This document shows positions 14,753 to 20,000 of a stretch of DNA of 20,000 nucleotides, in pieces. Position 1 is the stretch's first letter; the number at the start of each line of letters is the position of its first letter. Origin of the DNA: an uncultured virus (IMG/VR IMGVR_UViG_3300028805_000002) (taxonomy: Duplodnaviria; Heunggongvirae; Uroviricota; Caudoviricetes); IMG/VR virus record IMGVR_UViG_3300028805_000002. One strand, given 5' to 3'. The position numbers were made by a program, and so were the translations under genes. The notes under the pieces are model-generated. The model made no database searches. It was not told the origin of the DNA and worked only from the letters and a program-made list of their open reading frames with translations.

Positions 14753-15268
14753 ATGATAGACGATTCCATTAAGAAAGACACAGAGCAAGTTGTAGACCAG
14801 GAGATTACAGACGTAAATCTTGGCTTTGTTGAAAAGAAGAAGTTTAGAATTAGTGGAGATAGTAAGCGTATTCTGGAACTTAATGTTTCAGACCTTAATA
14901 TCTTATCAAGACTTAAGGTAGGTTATCCCAAACTCAATACGTTGTTTGACGAAGCACAGAAGAAGATTTCAGAGATTCCTGATGATTTATCTAAGGAAGA
15001 ACTCATTGGAGAACTTGCGGATAGACTGACTGAAATTGACAGGGATATGCGAGAGACCATCGACTATATCTTTGATACAAACGCTTCAGAAGTGTGCGCT
15101 CCATCAGGAAATATGTATGACCCTGTTAATGGACAACTTCGTTATATGCGCGTACTCGACACTCTGACAGAATTATATACTAACGGTTTACACGCAGAGT
15201 TCGACAAGATGAAGAACAGGGTTGAGAAGAGAGCAGAAAAGTACACCAAGAAAAGAAGTAAGAAGTAA
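14753..15268 (+). CDS. Tail assembly chaperone
   Basis: Start at ATG 14753 after CAGGAGG; helical acidic protein between the tail tube and Gp15-like genes. Confidence 0.75.
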   Translation: MIDDSIKKDTEQVVDQEITDVNLGFVEKKKFRISGDSKRILELNVSDLNILSRLKVGYPKLNTLFDEAQKKISEIPDDLSKEELIGELADRLTEIDRDMRETIDYIFDTNASEVCAPSGNMYDPVNGQLRYMRVLDTLTELYTNGLHAEFDKMKNRVEKRAEKYTKKRSKK

Positions 15269-15852
15269 TGTATGAATTACCGACAACAGTAACGATAAAT
15301 GACACAATCTACCACATACAAGATAATGGCGATTATCGTATGGTGTTAGATTGTTTTAGCGTTCTTAACGATATTGAGTTGTCGGAAAACGAGAGAATAG
15401 TTACATTTCTTCTAATCTTTTATGAAGACTTTAACGAAATAGAGGACGTGCTGTCATTAGACCAAGAAACACTCGGAGAACTGATAGATAGCGCGTTCTT
15501 ATTCTTTAACTGCGGACAGACGCAGACACCGGGAAAGACAGACTATAAGACAATAGACTGGGAACAGGATGCGCAACTAATCAGTTCTGCTGTGAACAAA
15601 GTTGCAGGCAAAGAAGTAAGAGCCGAGACATACTTACACTGGTGGACATTTATGGGATATTTTAACGCTATCGGTGATGGTGCGTTAGCCACAGTAGTAG
15701 GTATAAGAAGTAAAATCGCGAAGGGAAAGAAACTCGAAAAATACGAAAGTGAGTTTAGGCGTGACAATCCTCAATACTTTAATTGGGATAAGCGTACTTT
15801 ACAACAAAAAGAAGATGACGAGTTACTTAATCAACTCTGGAATAAGGAGTGA
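15268..15852 (+). CDS. Gp15-like (A118 Gp15 family) tail assembly protein
   Basis: Motifs YELPTTVTIN, DYRMVL, DWEQDAQLI, YLHWWTFMGYF; TAATG overlap with the upstream gene. Confidence 0.85.
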   Translation: MYELPTTVTINDTIYHIQDNGDYRMVLDCFSVLNDIELSENERIVTFLLIFYEDFNEIEDVLSLDQETLGELIDSAFLFFNCGQTQTPGKTDYKTIDWEQDAQLISSAVNKVAGKEVRAETYLHWWTFMGYFNAIGDGALATVVGIRSKIAKGKKLEKYESEFRRDNPQYFNWDKRTLQQKEDDELLNQLWNKE

Positions 15853-15857
15853 GCGGT

Positions 15858-18800
15858 ATGGCTGACGAGACTGTTTCTTTTACAATAAACGCCGATACTA
15901 AACCAGCGGGAAAAGCCTTGCTGGAGTTATCTCGTCTTATAAATAAGGCGATTACAGCCGACACTTCTGGTGCAGATAAAAAGATAGTAGCACAACAGCG
16001 CGAATACAAAAAACTTGGCGCAGAAGTTAGAAGTGTCTTTAAAGATATTAAGCGATTAAATGACGCTGACAAGAGCAAGGGCGGTAAAGTACAACTGCCC
16101 TTTAATCAGTATGCGGCTAATGAAAAGAAAATCGCGGAATTAGAAAATAAGCAAGCAACGATAACGGACACAAAAGAACTTGCCCGTGTTAATGCTGAAC
16201 TTAAAAAATATAAAGAAGCCAACGCAACAATGGACAAGTATGCCGAGCAAGCATTAAAGCAAATCCTCGGCACAGAAAAGACCATAGTCGCGGACGAGAA
16301 GTCCATTCTTGGCATAAAAACAGAGACAGCCAATAAGACGCAAGAAACGGCTAATGCTGAAAACAATCTTGTAAGCGCATCAGACAAGGCAAATCACAGT
16401 ATGGCTGAAACAGCGACTAACGCTCAAAAGGCGAGAGACGCGCTTAAAGATGCCGAGAATAAAACGAACACCGCGGGGGCGAACAGTCTTGACGTACAGG
16501 CAGAAGAGACTGAAAGACACTATCGTGAAATTCGTGAACAAGTCGCACGTATACTTTCTGATGTTGGTAAACTTGAAACGAGTATGCGAATAACTCCCGC
16601 GGACAACGACCTTGTTGAACTGATAAGACGTTATAGGGAGTTACAGGAACTTAAAAAGTCAGTAGAAAAACTTGGAATGCCGCGTGCAACTGATGCCGCA
16701 TACGGTACAATATTACGTTTGCTTGAACAAGTAAACACACAAATAAAGACGTATAAGTCCAATCTAAAGGGAGTGTCAGAAGAACAAGCCAAAGTTGCAA
16801 AGTCGGGTGCAAAATTAAAGTCTATGCCTTCTTTGTTATCCACAATCAAAAAGGGTTTTAAAGACTGGCACAAAGACACTACAAAGATTAGACAATCATT
16901 TGACAGTATGGCAAAGTCTATGAGGGCTAATCTGAAGCACTTAATTACGAGCATTACTAAGTATGTTCTTGGCTTTAGAAGTTTGTTCTTCCTAATTCGT
17001 AGATTACGTAAGTATATAGGAGAGGGCATCAAGAATATGGCTCAATTTAACGATGGAAGTAACCACGTTAATGCGAGCATCACCAGATTGCTTTCTTCTC
17101 TCTTGTATCTGAAAAATGCGTGGGCAACAGCGTTCTCGCCTATCTTACAGTTTGTTACTCCGTGGTTAGAGGCGCTTATTGATAAGATTGCTGAAGTAGG
17201 AAATGCGTTCTCACGTTTCTTAGGAAGTTTGCTCGGACAGACACAGGTATTTCAAGCAGTCAAAGTTAAGGCCGCAGATTACGCCGATGGTCTTGATAAT
17301 GTTGGTGGTAGTGCCAGTGGCGCCGCAGACAAGACAAAGAAGTTGACAGATAGACTTGCCGCATTTGACGATTTGAATGTGCTTGGTGTTGACAAGGACC
17401 CTGACAAGACTGGACGCGGTGGCGGCGGTGGTGCTGGAGACAAATATACACCTAATCCTAATGATATGTTTAAACTTGTGTCTGTTGCGGACACAGTTAA
17501 ACAGAAACTTGCTGAGATGTGGGCGAAGGCAGACTTTGAAGACCTCGGATATTCTCTCGCACAGCAACTAAAAATGGCTTTGTTAGACCTCAACTCAAGA
17601 TGGCCTGAGATTAAAGATACGGCAGAAAAAGTTGGGCGTAGTTTTGGCACATTTTTAACTGGTATTTTCTCCGATCCGAGTGTGTTTGCAGAACTCGGAA
17701 CGGCTGTTGCTGAAGGACTTAATACTATTGGAAGAGCAATCGAGGGTTTCTTTGATACCTATCAAAAGGGAAGTATTGGAACATCTATTGCAGAATACTT
17801 TAACGGCTTGTTCAGCAACATAGACTGGAATACGGCAGGAAAAAATGTTGGAAGTGCGTTGACAACCCTTTTTACTGAAATATCTTCGTTTTTTGAAAAT
17901 TTGGATTATGACGAATTACAGAAGTCGCTTACTGACTTCTTCTCTGGAATAGATTGGGGAGAAGTTATTGGAAGTGGCATACGTGCTGTATTATCTTCGA
18001 CATTTGGAATCACGAAGATTGCATCTTCTATCATAATTGGACTGTCTGATGCGATTAACAATACAGATTTTAATGAACTTGTTTCAGATATAGAAGAGGC
18101 TATAAAGCAGATTGACCCGGAAGAACTTGTTGATACACTTGCGACATTCATTGAGTCAGTAGCAAAGAGTTTAGGCGCAAGCGCAAAACTCATAGGTGCG
18201 ATTGCAGTTGCTATATTTAATCTCATTAAATCAGGCGTAGAGGAAATGACAACTACGTTTATGGAAGCCAACGACATTGATGAAGACACGGAAGATATAG
18301 GTGGAAAAATCGTAGCGGGAGTTCTTCAAGGAATAACTTGGGCGATGGAAGGTATCGGTGAGTGGGTTTCTACGAACTTTATCGAGCCTTTTGTTGCGGC
18401 AGTAACTGGTAAAAATGGATTTGATATGCACTCTCCTTCAAAAGTGTCTGAACAGTGGGGTGTTTGGATTGTTGAGGGTTTAAAGAACGGAATAGCAAGC
18501 ATAATTGAGACAGTTATGGAGCCATTTACAAAACTTCAAGGAGACCTTGCTACTAAGTGGACAGAGATTAAGATTTCTGCTTCAGAGAAGTGGACAGAGA
18601 TTAAAGATAAGTTAGGCGAGAAAGCAAACGATATTAAGAGCAAGTTGTCTGAAGTATGGACAAACATTAAGGGTGACGCCGCTACTGCTTGGGTTATGTT
18701 GCGTGTGTCTGCCGTTGATGCGTTCAATCAACTCAAAGAGGCTCTGAAGAAACCAATTAACGGTGTTATCTCTGTTGTAGAGAGTATGGTAAACAGAATT

Positions 18801-19208
18801 ATAGACGGAATTAACAGCATTGTTACAAAGATAAACACTATTCCTGATATTAAGTTTACTAACCCGTTCACTGGCACAGACTATAAGTTAGGCTTTAGTA
18901 TTCCTAAACTGTCTAACATCTCTATTCCTAGACTTGCCCAGGGTGCAGTCATACCTCCTAACAGAGAGTTTATGGCAGTGCTTGGTGACCAGTCTCACGG
19001 CACTAACGTCGAGGCACCTCTTGATACTATTAAGCAAGCAGTTGCAGAGGTTTTGGCTAACAATGGCAATTCAGAAGTGATACAATTATTACAGCAGTTG
19101 ATAACAGTTGTTGAGCGCAAAGAATTGACTATCGGTGATAAGGAAATAGGCAAAGCAAATGCGAGATATGTCAATCAACAAAGATTGATTAGAGGTACAA
19201 GTTTCTAA
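15858..19208 (+). CDS. Tape measure protein (about 1116 aa)
   Basis: Long helical protein with LAAFDDLNVL, 11-residue Trp repeats (KWTEIKISASE/KWTEIKDKLGE) and C-terminal IPRLAQGAVIPPNREFMAVLGDQ. ATG 15858 has AAGGAG at 8 nt (ORF track begins at GTG 15849). Confidence 0.93.
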   Translation: MADETVSFTINADTKPAGKALLELSRLINKAITADTSGADKKIVAQQREYKKLGAEVRSVFKDIKRLNDADKSKGGKVQLPFNQYAANEKKIAELENKQATITDTKELARVNAELKKYKEANATMDKYAEQALKQILGTEKTIVADEKSILGIKTETANKTQETANAENNLVSASDKANHSMAETATNAQKARDALKDAENKTNTAGANSLDVQAEETERHYREIREQVARILSDVGKLETSMRITPADNDLVELIRRYRELQELKKSVEKLGMPRATDAAYGTILRLLEQVNTQIKTYKSNLKGVSEEQAKVAKSGAKLKSMPSLLSTIKKGFKDWHKDTTKIRQSFDSMAKSMRANLKHLITSITKYVLGFRSLFFLIRRLRKYIGEGIKNMAQFNDGSNHVNASITRLLSSLLYLKNAWATAFSPILQFVTPWLEALIDKIAEVGNAFSRFLGSLLGQTQVFQAVKVKAADYADGLDNVGGSASGAADKTKKLTDRLAAFDDLNVLGVDKDPDKTGRGGGGGAGDKYTPNPNDMFKLVSVADTVKQKLAEMWAKADFEDLGYSLAQQLKMALLDLNSRWPEIKDTAEKVGRSFGTFLTGIFSDPSVFAELGTAVAEGLNTIGRAIEGFFDTYQKGSIGTSIAEYFNGLFSNIDWNTAGKNVGSALTTLFTEISSFFENLDYDELQKSLTDFFSGIDWGEVIGSGIRAVLSSTFGITKIASSIIIGLSDAINNTDFNELVSDIEEAIKQIDPEELVDTLATFIESVAKSLGASAKLIGAIAVAIFNLIKSGVEEMTTTFMEANDIDEDTEDIGGKIVAGVLQGITWAMEGIGEWVSTNFIEPFVAAVTGKNGFDMHSPSKVSEQWGVWIVEGLKNGIASIIETVMEPFTKLQGDLATKWTEIKISASEKWTEIKDKLGEKANDIKSKLSEVWTNIKGDAATAWVMLRVSAVDAFNQLKEALKKPINGVISVVESMVNRIIDGINSIVTKINTIPDIKFTNPFTGTDYKLGFSIPKLSNISIPRLAQGAVIPPNREFMAVLGDQSHGTNVEAPLDTIKQAVAEVLANNGNSEVIQLLQQLITVVERKELTIGDKEIGKANARYVNQQRLIRGTSF

Positions 19209-20000
19209 TGTATCATTTTGAGACACAGGCAGAAGACCTTGCTTATAAAACGGCAATAAGGAAAGCGAGCAGACCGTACAACACAGTGTACGGAACGCTC
19301 ACTTTTCCTGATAACACAACTATGCCTATTACGGACAGCATTATTCCTTCAAACTCACTGTCAATAAGTCGCCAGTGCATTGACGATGATGAATTGATGT
19401 TTGGTGGTGTATTTTCTAGTGTGCTCAAAATATCTCTTTTAACAGACTTAGAGAGATATGCGTTTTATGGTGCAAAGATTGAACTCACATTCAAGATTGA
19501 AGTTGAAGAAGATACATTCTTAGAAGTTCCTCTTGGTGTGTTTACAGTTGCAGATGCAGAGAGACCGACTGACAGAGTTACACTTACTTGCTACGATAAT
19601 ATGACCATACTTGATAAACAGTTGGGTGGAGCATTTATCACTGGCACTCCTTGGGAGGTATTTCAGGTTGTATCACAGATTACAGAGATACAACTTGGAT
19701 TTACTGAAGAAGATTTAACAGCATTTCCTAACTATACATATCAATTAGACGCCACAGAAGAGCGTGGAATACACACGTATAGAGATGTTGTTAAAGAGAT
19801 ATGTCAACTGTTAGGCTGTTTTGCGTATGCTGATAGAGACGGCAGTTTACAGATAAAGGGATTTTCACTCGTTTCAGACACATCACTTACACGTGGAGAT
19901 TGGTATACTCTGTTGCCAGCAGATTATACGTGTAAGTATGTTGGAATTTCGATTTCAAGTTTATCTGGTACATATTCAGCACACACAAGCGGTTTACTTG
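19208..20000 (+). CDS. Tail tip / baseplate hub-like protein (runs off the window end)
   Basis: ATG overlaps the TMP stop (TAATG). Open frame MYHFETQAED...ELMFGGVFSSVLKI...EVPLGVFTV...VTLTCYDNM, typical of tail-tip proteins after the TMP. Missing from the ORF track because it has no stop in the window. Confidence 0.8.
   Translation, partial: MYHFETQAEDLAYKTAIRKASRPYNTVYGTLTFPDNTTMPITDSIIPSNSLSISRQCIDDDELMFGGVFSSVLKISLLTDLERYAFYGAKIELTFKIEVEEDTFLEVPLGVFTVADAERPTDRVTLTCYDNMTILDKQLGGAFITGTPWEVFQVVSQITEIQLGFTEEDLTAFPNYTYQLDATEERGIHTYRDVVKEICQLLGCFAYADRDGSLQIKGFSLVSDTSLTRGDWYTLLPADYTCKYVGISISSLSGTYSAHTSGLL

Noticed and set aside
15240..15270. Programmed -1 frameshift between the two tail chaperone genes
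   Set aside because: No clear X XXY YYZ slippery heptamer before the stop; the second gene has its own ATG in a TAATG overlap.
18555..18604. 17-bp direct repeat AAGTGGACAGAGATTAA at 33-nt spacing
   Set aside because: Explained by the normal 11-residue Trp repeat of tape measure proteins.
3017..19208. Stop-codon reassignment (none of the called genes ends in TAG)
   Set aside because: All structural genes are intact and full length under the standard code; low TAG use alone is not evidence of recoding.
3894..19428. Many antisense and alternate-frame ORFs in the track that overlap structural genes
   Set aside because: Shadow ORFs of long + strand genes, with no SD and no recognisable motifs.

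Overview
A 20-kb segment of a tailed dsDNA (siphovirus-type) phage or prophage, probably of a Firmicutes host (AGGAGG RBSs, sigma-A promoters, SPP1/A118-like head and tail genes). From about 3.0 kb to the end, a dense + strand morphogenesis operon runs: small ORFs, terS, a Dit-like tail gene, PBSX-type terL, DUF4417, portal, minor capsid, scaffold, major capsid, head-tail connectors, major tail protein, two tail chaperones, tape measure and a truncated tail-tip gene. To the left are divergent - strand small genes and a ~1.7-kb mostly non-coding region, which is the most striking part. Positions 1121-2301 contain no GG or CC dinucleotide, and the + strand has no CC from 888 to 2738. The region has long nested inverted repeats; the mismatches in its core helices are G-U/G-T pairs on the - strand. 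The largest stem encloses a gene for an acidic 99-aa protein with no Gly, Pro or Trp. It is bordered by Fur-box-like sites and a Z-DNA-prone tract. Other oddities: a leaderless, self-promoted DUF4417 gene, a Dit-like gene between terS and terL, an unannotated Arg-rich 25-aa peptide, related Tyr/Thr-rich inserts in capsid and tail tube, and apparent absence of AGCT. Family calls are from motif recognition by eye; no searches were run.
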